From: Candidatus Eiseniibacteriota bacterium
Lineage (GTDB): Bacteria > Eisenbacteria > RBG-16-71-46 > CAVPCR01
DNA: 64,000 bases
Reading direction: 5' to 3'
Assembly (NCBI GenBank): GCA_963702435.1
Contig: CAVPCR010000001.1
Coordinates: forward strand, 960,001-1,024,000
Positions 1 through 8,356 of this stretch are shown here, one piece after another (position 1 is the stretch's first letter; the number at the start of each line of letters is the position of its first letter). Below the pieces are notes generated by a model. It had not been told where the DNA came from. It saw nothing but the letters and a program-made list of their open reading frames with translations, and did not search any database. The position numbers were made by a program, and so were the translations under genes.

Positions 1-145
1 GCCGCTTCTCAACCACGCCCTCGGCGACGGTCACCGCGGGCACCACCTCGACCGCGGCGCCCGGGGCGGGCTTCTCCGCCGCGCCGACCGGACCGGCGGC
101 GCCGACCATCAGAGCGCACAGCAAACACCGCACGTGAAACTCCAT
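1..145 (-). CDS. 5' part of a secreted protein running off the left edge (MEFHVRCLLCALMVGAAGPVGAAEKPAP...)
   Basis: ATG at 145 on the minus strand with a GGAGAGG RBS upstream. Open to the window edge, with a signal-peptide-like N-terminus. Not in the ORF track. Confidence 0.6.
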   Translation of the reverse strand, partial: MEFHVRCLLCALMVGAAGPVGAAEKPAPGAAVEVVPAVTVAEGVVEKR

Positions 146-249
146 CTTCCGCACCTCTCCGCAGTCGGCCCTTGTCAATCGCGCGCCTCGAAAGTAGCAT
201 GCGCGCTGGGCGGCCGGCGTCCCGGACGCCGCCGGGGAGGATGGAGCAC

Positions 250-1488
250 ATGAAAGCCTGGTTCTGCGCCGGAGCATCCCTGGCATTCGTTCTTGCGCTC
301 TCCGTACCGCTTCTCGCCGAGGACTGCGTCGACTGCCATCAGAAGGAAACACCCAGCATCGTCTCCGACTGGAAGCTGTCCAAGCACAGCTCACAGGATG
401 TGACCTGCGCGGCCTGTCACGGCGTCGAGCACCACTCGGCCGCAGACGTCGCCAAGGTCGCGATCCCCACGCCCGAGACCTGCGCCGCGTGTCACGACAC
501 CCAGGTCCAGCAGTTCAAGCGCGGCAAGCACGCCGCCGCCTGGGCCGCGATGCAGGCCATGCCGACGATCCACGCCCAGCCCGTGGCGATGACCGAGGGC
601 ATGAAGGGCTGCGGCGGCTGTCACAAGATCGGGCTCAAGACCGCGCTCGAGATCGAGGATCTCCGCGCGAGCGGCTCGGTCTTCGGCACCGCGTCGTGCG
701 ACGCCTGCCACACCCGCCACACGTTCTCCAGGGCGGAGGCGCGCGAACCGCAGGCCTGCCGGACCTGTCACATGGGCTTCGATCATCCGCAGTGGGAGAT
801 GTACTCGGCGTCGAAGCACGGCGTGCGGCATGCGCTCAAGCAGACCGGCACGCTGCCCGCGGACACGGCGGCGCCCACCTGCCAGACCTGCCACATGCAG
901 GACGGGAATCACGAGGTGCGGACGGCCTGGGGTTTCCTCGCCGTACGGCTCCCGCTCCCGGCCGACAAGCAGTGGGCCGACGATCGCGCCGCGATCCTCC
1001 AGGGCCTCGGCGTGCTCGATCCCGCCGGGCAGCCGACCGCGCGCCTCGAGGTGGTGAAGGCGGCCGATGTCGCCCGGCTCACCGAGGAGGCCTGGCAGAA
1101 GGAGCGGTCGAAGATGATCGCCGCCTGCGGGCAGTGCCACTCGGAGAACTTCGCCAGGAAGGAGCTCGAGAAGGGCGATCAGATGATTCGCGAGGCCGAT
1201 CACCTGATGGCGGAGGGGATCCGGACCGTGGCCGCGCTCTACAAGGACGGCCTGCTCGAGCCGGCGGCGGGGGCGGCGGCGTTCCCCGATCTCCTCACCT
1301 TCCACGACGCGCCGACCCCGATCGAGCAGCAGCTCTTCGTCATGTTCCTCGAGCACCGCATGCGCACGTTCCAGGGCACGTTCCACGCCAATCCGGACTA
1401 TGCGCTGTGGTACGGCTGGAGCGAGATGCAGCGAGACCTGACCGAGATCAAGACGCTGGCCGCCACGATGCGCGCCGGCAAACACTAA
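250..1488 (+). CDS. Octaheme c-type cytochrome, hydroxylamine oxidoreductase (HAO)-like family
   Basis: 8 CxxCH motifs, Sec signal, HAO-like motifs CHTRHxFS, CHMGFDHPQWEMY and HANPDYALWYGW. GGGGAGG RBS lies 9 nt before ATG 250. Confidence 0.85.
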   Translation: MKAWFCAGASLAFVLALSVPLLAEDCVDCHQKETPSIVSDWKLSKHSSQDVTCAACHGVEHHSAADVAKVAIPTPETCAACHDTQVQQFKRGKHAAAWAAMQAMPTIHAQPVAMTEGMKGCGGCHKIGLKTALEIEDLRASGSVFGTASCDACHTRHTFSRAEAREPQACRTCHMGFDHPQWEMYSASKHGVRHALKQTGTLPADTAAPTCQTCHMQDGNHEVRTAWGFLAVRLPLPADKQWADDRAAILQGLGVLDPAGQPTARLEVVKAADVARLTEEAWQKERSKMIAACGQCHSENFARKELEKGDQMIREADHLMAEGIRTVAALYKDGLLEPAAGAAAFPDLLTFHDAPTPIEQQLFVMFLEHRMRTFQGTFHANPDYALWYGWSEMQRDLTEIKTLAATMRAGKH

Positions 1489-1540
1489 GGCGCCCGTAGC
1501 AAGACCCGTAGCCGCCCCCCCCGGGGGGGCCGGAGGAAGA

Positions 1541-2281
1541 ATGGATCGTCGATTCCTGGTGTTACCGGCTGTCGTCCTGCTTCTCTCGCTCTTCGTTCTG
1601 AGCTGCGGCGACGACAACGGGGAGAAGCCCAACGTCGAGTTCGAGTTCACACCGAACCAGCTCGCGCTCGCGCTCAAGAACGTGCCCTACACTCAGGTCA
1701 TCTCGGTGAGCGGCGGCGCGGCTCCCTACACTCTGAGCATCAGCGAAGGCTCCGTTCCGCCCGGAATGTCCACCAATCCGACCGATGAGTCGATCACGAT
1801 CGCCGGGACGCCGTCGACCATCGGCACCTTCAGCTTCACGGTCCGGGCCGAGGACAGTGACGGCGCGGTGAGCACAAGGGCCTACTCGATCGGGGTGGTC
1901 CAGGCCTTCGATCTCAATGGCACCTGGAACTACACGATCGACGTCACGGCCGCCGACGGTGTGTGCGCGGGCCAGGAGAATAATCCGCCCTCGACGGATG
2001 CCATCACAGTCACCGAGACCCAGTCCGGCGACCCGTACGTCACCAACGTGACGATGTCCGGATTCCTCGGCGATCCATCGAAGGTGCTCACCGGAACGAG
2101 GACCGGTTCGATCATCACGGTGTCGGGGAGCTATCCCGAGGACGGCGGCACCACGACGACGACCCACAACCTGTATGCCACGGCGGAGAGCGCGCTCGTG
2201 GGCGAGGAGATCTGGTCGTGGAGCGGACCCGGGGGCGATTGCCCGAACGGGCGCGCCTACGTGACGGCGATCCGCCAGTAG
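1541..2281 (+). CDS. Lipoprotein with putative Ig (He_PIG-like) domain
   Basis: Lipobox VLSC. Ig motif YTQVISVSGGAAPYT...GSVPPG...IAGTPSTIGTFSFTVRAED. GGAGG RBS. Confidence 0.75.
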   Translation: MDRRFLVLPAVVLLLSLFVLSCGDDNGEKPNVEFEFTPNQLALALKNVPYTQVISVSGGAAPYTLSISEGSVPPGMSTNPTDESITIAGTPSTIGTFSFTVRAEDSDGAVSTRAYSIGVVQAFDLNGTWNYTIDVTAADGVCAGQENNPPSTDAITVTETQSGDPYVTNVTMSGFLGDPSKVLTGTRTGSIITVSGSYPEDGGTTTTTHNLYATAESALVGEEIWSWSGPGGDCPNGRAYVTAIRQ

Positions 2282-2310
2282 TCGGGCGCAGTTCGCAGGG
2301 CCGTTCAGGA

Positions 2311-2340
2311 GCGGGGGCGGTGCGCAGGCGCCACCCCCGC
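2311..2340. terminator. GC-rich hairpin between convergent genes
   Basis: gcggggg...cccccgc inverted repeat between the stops at 2281 and 2344. Confidence 0.45.
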
Positions 2341-2343
2341 TTC

Positions 2344-3627
2344 TCATTCGAGACGCAGCGCCACCACCGGATCGACGCGCGCGGCGCGATTGGCGGGATA
2401 GAGCCCGAAGAAGAGCCCGATCGCCACCGAGAAGACGACCGCGATCAGCACCATCTCGGGGCGGATCACGACCGGGAACCGGGTCAGCGCGCCGACCGCG
2501 GCCGCCCCGCCGGCGCCGAGCGCGAGACCGAGCACCCCGCCGAGCCCGGTCAGGAAGCCCGCCTCGATCAGCACCTCGAGGAGGATGTCCCGCCGGCGCG
2601 CGCCCACCGCCCGCCGCACGCCGATCTCGCGCGTCCGCTCGGTCACCGACACCAGCATGATGTTCATGACGCCGATGCCCCCGACCAGGAGCCCGATCGA
2701 GGAGATGATGACGAGGGCGAGCGCGATCGGCCCGGTGATGCGATCCACGAGCTCCTGGATGGCGGCGGCCGAGAAGACGGCGAAGTTGTCCGGCTGGCCC
2801 GGCTTGAGCCCGCGGCGGACCCGCATCACCGCGCGCGCCTCCTCCTCCGCCTCCTCGGCGCGCTGTCCCGGTTTCACGGTCAGCATCACGTAGCCCGAAT
2901 CCATCTCCTGCTTCCAGTCCTTGAGGAACGAGGTGTAGGGCACCGCGATGAAGTTCTCCCCCCACTCGCCGGCGATCGACTTTCGCTCCGCGAAGGAGCC
3001 CACCACCTCGTAAGAGTTCTCGCCGAGGCGGAGCGTCTTCCCGATCGGATCCACGTCCGAGAAGAGGTCGCGCGACGGCCCATGCGCCACCACGCAGACG
3101 CGGCGGCGGTGCTCGATGTCGAACTCGGTGAAGTAGCGCCCCTCGGCGAGCGGGAGCGAGAAGAAGTGATGGAAGTGCTCCCCGGTGCCGATCACCGCCA
3201 CCGGCCGGGTCTTCCGCCCGCGATAGTGGAGGATGGTGAAGCGCCCGGCGGTCTCGATGTAGTACTCGGCGCGGTCGACCGCCGGGCAGAGGCGCTCGAG
3301 GGCGACGGCGTCGGCCGGCTCGACGTCGGGCCGGGACAGGAAGTCCTCGGGATCGCCGCTCACCATGACGTCGAAACGCGTGACATAGATGACGACGCGA
3401 TCGGTGTTGCCAATGTCGGCGGCGATCTTCTCGCCGAGGCCGGCGAGGATCGCGACCATGGCCATGAGCGCGGCGATCCCGATCGCAACCCCGAGCACGA
3501 GAAGAGCCGAGCGCAGCCGATGGGTGCGGATGACATCGAGCCCCATCTTGACGCTCTCGCGGAAGATGCCGCCGCCGGGGCCGTCGTGCCCGGCGCGCCC
3601 GGGCGCGTTCGCCTGCCGCTCACTCAT
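2344..3627 (-). CDS. ABC transporter permease, MacB/FtsX family
   Basis: GGIGVMNIMLVSVTERTREIGVRRAVGA and GLYPANRAARVDPVVALR. ATG 3627 overlaps the upstream stop. Confidence 0.9.
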   Translation of the reverse strand: MSERQANAPGRAGHDGPGGGIFRESVKMGLDVIRTHRLRSALLVLGVAIGIAALMAMVAILAGLGEKIAADIGNTDRVVIYVTRFDVMVSGDPEDFLSRPDVEPADAVALERLCPAVDRAEYYIETAGRFTILHYRGRKTRPVAVIGTGEHFHHFFSLPLAEGRYFTEFDIEHRRRVCVVAHGPSRDLFSDVDPIGKTLRLGENSYEVVGSFAERKSIAGEWGENFIAVPYTSFLKDWKQEMDSGYVMLTVKPGQRAEEAEEEARAVMRVRRGLKPGQPDNFAVFSAAAIQELVDRITGPIALALVIISSIGLLVGGIGVMNIMLVSVTERTREIGVRRAVGARRRDILLEVLIEAGFLTGLGGVLGLALGAGGAAAVGALTRFPVVIRPEMVLIAVVFSVAIGLFFGLYPANRAARVDPVVALRLE

Positions 3628-4849
3628 GGCGGAGCGCATCCACCGGATCGAGCCGCGCGGCGCGGCTCGCCGGGTAGAGCCCGAAGAAGATGCCGACCGC
3701 CGCGGTGGCGGCGAGGCTCACGAGGATCGACCACGGCTTGACCGCGTACGGGAGCGGCGTGAAGCGGGCGATCGCGGCGGCGGCGATGAAGCCGCCCGCG
3801 ATGCCGATCACGCCGCCCACCGCGGACAGGGTGACCGCCTCGACCAGGAACTGGCGGAGGATGTCGCGCCGGCGCGCGCCGATCGCCTTCCGCACCCCGA
3901 CCTCGCGCGTCCGCTCGTTCACCGAGACCAGCATGATGTTCATGATCACGATGCCGCCGACCACCAGCGAGAGCGAGACGAGGAAGATGAGCGCGCTGAA
4001 GATGGAGCGCGAGATCGAACCCCACAGGTCGATGAGCGCCGCCGAGGTGATGACCGCGAAGTCGTCGCGCTCGTCGGGACGGAGGCGATGGCGAACGCGC
4101 ATGGCGGCGGTGATCTCCTCGATCACCGCGGCGTTGTCCTCGACCGCCGCGACCCGGACCGGGATCGTGAGCTCGGCGGCGCGCGGGCCGTAGAGCTGGT
4201 GGAAGGCGCCGATCGGGACCAGGACGCGCAGGTTGGGCTGGGAGCCGGCGACCGCCGCCTTCTCGGCGAGGACGCCGATCACCCGGAAGTGCATGGTCCC
4301 GACCCGCAAGCGACGGTCGAGCGGCTGCTCGTCGCGGAAGAGCTTCTCCGCGATCTCCGAGCCGATCAGGGTCACGGGCTGCCGGGTTTCGGTCTCGAGC
4401 GGCGTGAACGAGCGCCCGCTCGCGAGATCGAGGCTGCGGATGACGCCGACCTCGACCGTCCAGCCCTCGACCGGCACGCCGTCGATCGCGCGGCCACGGT
4501 AGCCGATGCGGTCCCGGCTCGCGGCGCGGGCGCCCACCGCATGCCGGGCCGGGAGCCGCTCGCGGATGAAATCGCGATCGGCAAGGGTCAGGTCGGGATT
4601 GCGGAGCGACTCGAGGAAGCGATCGAAGTTGCTCAGGACCTCGAGCTCGTTCCGCGGGGCGAGAGTGACGACGTTCGATCCTTCCTCGGCGATCTCCTCG
4701 CGCACGAAGCGGTTCATGCCGTCGATGATCGAGACGACGGCGACCGTCGACACGACGCCGACGATGTTGCCGAGCAGGGTCAGGAAGGTGCGAACCTTGT
4801 TGGAGCGGAGGGACCCCAGCGCGATCTTGATGCTCTCGCCGAGCTGCAT
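3620..4849 (-). CDS. ABC transporter permease, MacB/FtsX family
   Basis: GGIVIMNIMLVSVNERTREVGVRKAIGA and GLYPASRAARLDPVDALR. Confidence 0.9.
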   Translation of the reverse strand: MQLGESIKIALGSLRSNKVRTFLTLLGNIVGVVSTVAVVSIIDGMNRFVREEIAEEGSNVVTLAPRNELEVLSNFDRFLESLRNPDLTLADRDFIRERLPARHAVGARAASRDRIGYRGRAIDGVPVEGWTVEVGVIRSLDLASGRSFTPLETETRQPVTLIGSEIAEKLFRDEQPLDRRLRVGTMHFRVIGVLAEKAAVAGSQPNLRVLVPIGAFHQLYGPRAAELTIPVRVAAVEDNAAVIEEITAAMRVRHRLRPDERDDFAVITSAALIDLWGSISRSIFSALIFLVSLSLVVGGIVIMNIMLVSVNERTREVGVRKAIGARRRDILRQFLVEAVTLSAVGGVIGIAGGFIAAAAIARFTPLPYAVKPWSILVSLAATAAVGIFFGLYPASRAARLDPVDALRHE

Positions 4850-4909
4850 CGCTCACCTCACGCCGCCGGCGCCGCCCCCGCCGCGGGAACGGCTGCGCCG
4901 CGCCCGCGC

Positions 4910-6205
4910 CTACTCCGCCTTCTCTTTCTTGCCGCCCTTCGCGCGCTTGACCCGGTCGCCGGCATGGAGCTCGCGGAGCACCTTGAACGGCCCGCTCACG
5001 ACCTCGGCGCCGTCCGCCACGCCCACCGTGATCTCGAAGTGCCGTTCGCCGGTGATGCCGACCGTGACCGGCTCGAAACGGACCCTGCCCTTCTCGACGA
5101 CCAGGAGCCCGTAGGTTTCGCGGCGAGCGCGCTTGCCCGTGGCATCGAGCGAGTCCTCGTCGGCCTCGGTCGCCTGCGGGCCGCGCTTCCCGCGCCGGCG
5201 ATTCTCGGCCTGGCGCTCCTCGGACGCCGGATCGCGATAGAGAAGCGCGCCGATCGATACCGCGAGCACGCTGTCACGCCGCGCGGTCACGATGTCGGCG
5301 GTGGCGGAGAGGCCGGGTCGGAGGCCAGGGAGCGTGTCGTGGAGACGGACCGCCACCTCGAAGTCGGCCGAGGTCTCCCCGACCACGCCGACGCCCCGCT
5401 TCGCGGAGCTTCCGACCTCGGTGACCACGCCGTGCAGGATCGAGTCGGGGAAGGCGTCCACCGTGACCTCGGCGTCCTGCCCGATCCGCACGTTCACGAC
5501 ATCGGTCTCGTCGACATCGATGCGGGCCTCCATGCTCGAGAGATCGGAGATCGTCAAGAGCACGGTGCCCGGGTTGTTCATGGTGCCGGTGACCACCGTC
5601 TCGCCCTCCTCGATGTTGAGGCGGGTGATGACGCCGGACATGGCCGCGGTGATCGTGACCTGCTTGAGATCGTACTGCGCGCTCCGGAGCATGGCCTCGG
5701 CCTCGGCGAGGCGGCCGCGCGCGACGGCGAGCCCGGCGACCGCGCGCTCGTCGGCGCGGCGCGCCGCATCCAGCTCGGTGGTCGAGGCGAGGCCGCGGGC
5801 GGCGAGCGCCTCGATGCGCTCGCGCTGGGTCTTCGCCTCGGTCAGCGTGGCCGTGGCCGCGTCGATCTCGGCGCGCGCGGCGGCGATCGCGGCGCGCAGG
5901 CGATCGACCTGGCTCTCATAGGGTGCGGGATCGATGCGGAGGAGGAGCTGTCCGGCGCGCACCGTGTCGCCTTCCTCCACCGCGAGCTCGACGACCTTGC
6001 CGACCGTGACCGAGCTCACCTCGACCTTGCGCCTTGGATCGATCCAGCCCGAGCCGCTCACCACCGAGCGCAGGTTCCGGCGCTTCACCTTCTCGAGCTC
6101 GACCTCGTGCCGTGCCTCGCGGCTCTTCACGAGATTGACGGCGAGGAGCGCGCCGAGGAGGACGGCGAACCCTACGATGAGGAGGATGCGTTTGCGCTTG
6201 GTCAC
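4910..6205 (-). CDS. Efflux periplasmic adaptor (MacA/HlyD-family membrane fusion protein)
   Basis: N-terminal TM, lipoyl-like halves (VEEGDTVRAGQLL / ITAAMSGVITRLNIEEGE), coiled coil, VDETD and GLRPGLSA motifs. Confidence 0.9.
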   Translation of the reverse strand: MTKRKRILLIVGFAVLLGALLAVNLVKSREARHEVELEKVKRRNLRSVVSGSGWIDPRRKVEVSSVTVGKVVELAVEEGDTVRAGQLLLRIDPAPYESQVDRLRAAIAAARAEIDAATATLTEAKTQRERIEALAARGLASTTELDAARRADERAVAGLAVARGRLAEAEAMLRSAQYDLKQVTITAAMSGVITRLNIEEGETVVTGTMNNPGTVLLTISDLSSMEARIDVDETDVVNVRIGQDAEVTVDAFPDSILHGVVTEVGSSAKRGVGVVGETSADFEVAVRLHDTLPGLRPGLSATADIVTARRDSVLAVSIGALLYRDPASEERQAENRRRGKRGPQATEADEDSLDATGKRARRETYGLLVVEKGRVRFEPVTVGITGERHFEITVGVADGAEVVSGPFKVLRELHAGDRVKRAKGGKKEKAE

Positions 6206-6389
6206 GGCTCCACTCGTTCCGGGGAGAGCGCTGGCTTCCGGCTGCAGGCTGCAGGCTACAAGCTCGAGGACGGCGGCATCTTAGCACGGCCGGGCGGGCG
6301 CGGCGTCCGGACGACACGGCGGGGAACGCGGGCCGGGACGAGCTACCAGGATGCGGGCGGCGCCGGCGCGAACTCCGCGCACCATGGGG

Positions 6390-6419
6390 TGGACTTGCAC
6401 CATGGACGGACCTTAGACT
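6390..6419 (+). promoter_or_regulatory. Putative sigma70 promoter (TGGACT...TAGACT), leaderless
   Basis: TAGACT at 6414-6419 is 8 nt before ATG 6428 with no SD. A near copy sits at 8320-8348. Confidence 0.5.
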
Positions 6420-6427
6420 CCGTACCC

Positions 6428-6493
6428 ATGAGCTGGACACGCACCCCATCCGGCAGGTTCCGCCATCTCTTCCCGGTGCAGTACGCGTGGTGA
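6428..6493 (+). pseudogene. 21-codon mini-ORF MSWTRTPSGRFRHLFPVQYAW, an internally deleted remnant of the LVIVD gene at 8357
   Basis: 6467-6493 matches 10256-10282 (end of the LVIVD gene) at 26/27 nt and has the same promoter context. Its TGA overlaps the GTG of the nitroreductase. Confidence 0.65.
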
Positions 6494-8223
6494 AAGACGC
6501 GGCGCCGGGGCCCGGCGGGGCACCCGAACCGAAGCCGGCGGACATCGTCGCGTTCTACCACGAGCGGACGAAGCATCACCTGCATCGTTATGCGACCGGG
6601 CCGGACCAGCTCGACTGGGCGACACAGCCCGATCCCTTCCGGCGCTATCGTGGCGCACCGCTCGTGCGCCTGCCGCTCCCGGAACCAGGCGACCCCCGAC
6701 TCTACGAGGAGCTCTACGCGCCGGCGGGCGGCACACCGGCAGAGCTGCTCACGCCGGCGACCGTATCGCGTTTTCTCCGCTATTCCCTCTCGCTCACCGC
6801 ATGGAAGGAGTTCCGCGGCACGCGCTGGGCCCTGCGCGCCAACCCGTCGAGCGGCAATCTGCACCCGACCGAGGGATACCTCGTGCTGCCGGCCGTGCCC
6901 GGTCTCAGCGAGCGGCCGGGCGTCCATCACTATGCGCCGCGCGAGCACGCCCTCGAGCTCCGCGCTGATCTTGCGGCAGGCACCTACGGGCGGTGCGTCG
7001 CCGCGTTGCCCGCCCCCGCGTTCCTGGTCGGACTCACGTCGATCCACTGGCGCGAAGCCTGGAAGTACGGCGAGCGCGCCTATCGCTACTGCCAGCACGA
7101 CGTGGGACACGCGCTCGCCGCGCTCCGCCTGTCGGTCGCGGCGCTCGGATGGAGGGCGCGACTCGTCCATCCCACCCGCGACGACCGGATCGCCGCGCTC
7201 CTCGGCATCGATCGGGCCGCCGACTACCCCGCCGGCGCGGAGCGCGAGGCACCCGATCTCCTGCTCGCAGTGGGCAGCGAGCCGCGCGCGCAGGATGCGA
7301 TCGCCGCGGAACTCACGGGAGACGCATTGCGCGCAGCGGCCCTGGGCGCCGCCTGGCACGGGAGCGCGAACGCCCTGAGCTCCGACCACCGGCACGACTG
7401 GCCCGCCATCGAGCTGGTGGCGACAGCGGCTGCCGATCGCGGGGATGAAGCATCCTCGAGTATTCCCGTCTCAGAGGAGAATTTCGCGCAGTTCCCGGAT
7501 GCGGCGGACCTGTTCCCCGCCGGCGCCAGCGCCGGGACCGCGACCGCCGAGAAGGTGATCCTCGGGCGGCGAAGTGCCGTCGCCATGGACGGCCTGACCG
7601 CGATCGACGCCGCGACCTTCTATCGCATGCTCGCCCGCCTCGTGCCCGTGGCCGGGAATGCCGCGCCACCGTGGGATGCGCTTCCGTGGCGACCGCGCAT
7701 CCACCTCGCGCTCTTCGTGCACCGGGTGAACGGGCTCGCGCCCGGTCTCTACGCCCTCGCCCGGGATCCGGAGAAGATGGACCTCCTCCGCGCCGCCATG
7801 CGCGCCGACTTCGCCTTCGCGGTGCCGCCGGGGACACCGGCCGGACTGCCGCTCCGCCGCCTGACCGGCGGCGACCTGCGCGATGCGGCGGCCACGATCT
7901 CCTGCCATCAGACCATCGCCTCCGGCGGGGCGTTCAGCCTGGGCATGCTCGCCGAGATGCGGGATGGCATCGCCATCCACGGTCCCTCGTTCTACCGGCG
8001 CCTGTACTGGGAAGCGGGGATGATCGGTCAGGTCCTCTACCTCGAAGCCGAGGCGGCGGGAGTACGCGCCACAGGGATCGGATGCTACTTCGACGACGCG
8101 ATGCACCACATCCTCGGGCTCGAGGACGATCGCCTGCAAAGCTTCTATCACTTCACGACCGGGGGACCGGTGGAGGACGAGCGCCTGACGACGCTCCCGG
8201 CGTACGGCGACCGCGGCGATTGA
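6490..8223 (+). CDS. SagB/ThcOx-family two-domain nitroreductase/dehydrogenase
   Basis: YHERTKH, LDWATQPDPFR, LRANPSSGNLHPTE, WKYGERAYRY and GIGCYFDD motifs. GTG start at 6490 (or 6487). Confidence 0.85.
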   Translation: MKDAAPGPGGAPEPKPADIVAFYHERTKHHLHRYATGPDQLDWATQPDPFRRYRGAPLVRLPLPEPGDPRLYEELYAPAGGTPAELLTPATVSRFLRYSLSLTAWKEFRGTRWALRANPSSGNLHPTEGYLVLPAVPGLSERPGVHHYAPREHALELRADLAAGTYGRCVAALPAPAFLVGLTSIHWREAWKYGERAYRYCQHDVGHALAALRLSVAALGWRARLVHPTRDDRIAALLGIDRAADYPAGAEREAPDLLLAVGSEPRAQDAIAAELTGDALRAAALGAAWHGSANALSSDHRHDWPAIELVATAAADRGDEASSSIPVSEENFAQFPDAADLFPAGASAGTATAEKVILGRRSAVAMDGLTAIDAATFYRMLARLVPVAGNAAPPWDALPWRPRIHLALFVHRVNGLAPGLYALARDPEKMDLLRAAMRADFAFAVPPGTPAGLPLRRLTGGDLRDAAATISCHQTIASGGAFSLGMLAEMRDGIAIHGPSFYRRLYWEAGMIGQVLYLEAEAAGVRATGIGCYFDDAMHHILGLEDDRLQSFYHFTTGGPVEDERLTTLPAYGDRGD

Positions 8224-8240
8224 AACGACAGCGCGCTCGG

Positions 8241-8278
8241 TCGAGCCAGCGGATCTCGCCGGTGGCGGGAAGGAGAAG
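8241..8278. repeat. Direct repeat of the 3' end of addA (copy of 10318-10355)
   Basis: 23 nt exact and 35/38 nt overall. On the minus strand it reads LLLPATGEIRWLD versus addA LLLTATGEIRWLD. Confidence 0.85.
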
Positions 8279-8319
8279 AAGAAGGGCCATCCTTCATCAT
8301 TTCTTGACAGGGTCGAAGG

Positions 8320-8348
8320 TGGACTTGCCCCGTGAGCCACCCTAGACT
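8320..8348 (+). promoter_or_regulatory. Putative sigma70 promoter (TGGACT-N17-TAGACT), leaderless
   Basis: TAGACT at 8343-8348 is 8 nt before ATG 8357 with no SD. Confidence 0.5.
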
Positions 8349-8356
8349 CCGGCGCC

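Noticed and set aside
6239..6264. GGCTGCA heptamer repeats as an operator or CRISPR-like element
   Set aside because: About three short degenerate units with no spacers; no function can be supported.
3389..6427. 1034-aa plus-strand ORF (likewise 10170-13919, 52677-55418, 61205-63961 and many others)
   Set aside because: These are antisense or off-frame shadows of well-supported genes. Long stop-free frames are expected at ~70% GC, and they carry no motifs.
6490..8223. RiPP (azole) biosynthetic cluster suggested by the SagB-like enzyme and TldD/E
   Set aside because: No YcaO, E1-like protein or Cys/Ser-rich precursor. The genes are scattered and commonly stand alone.
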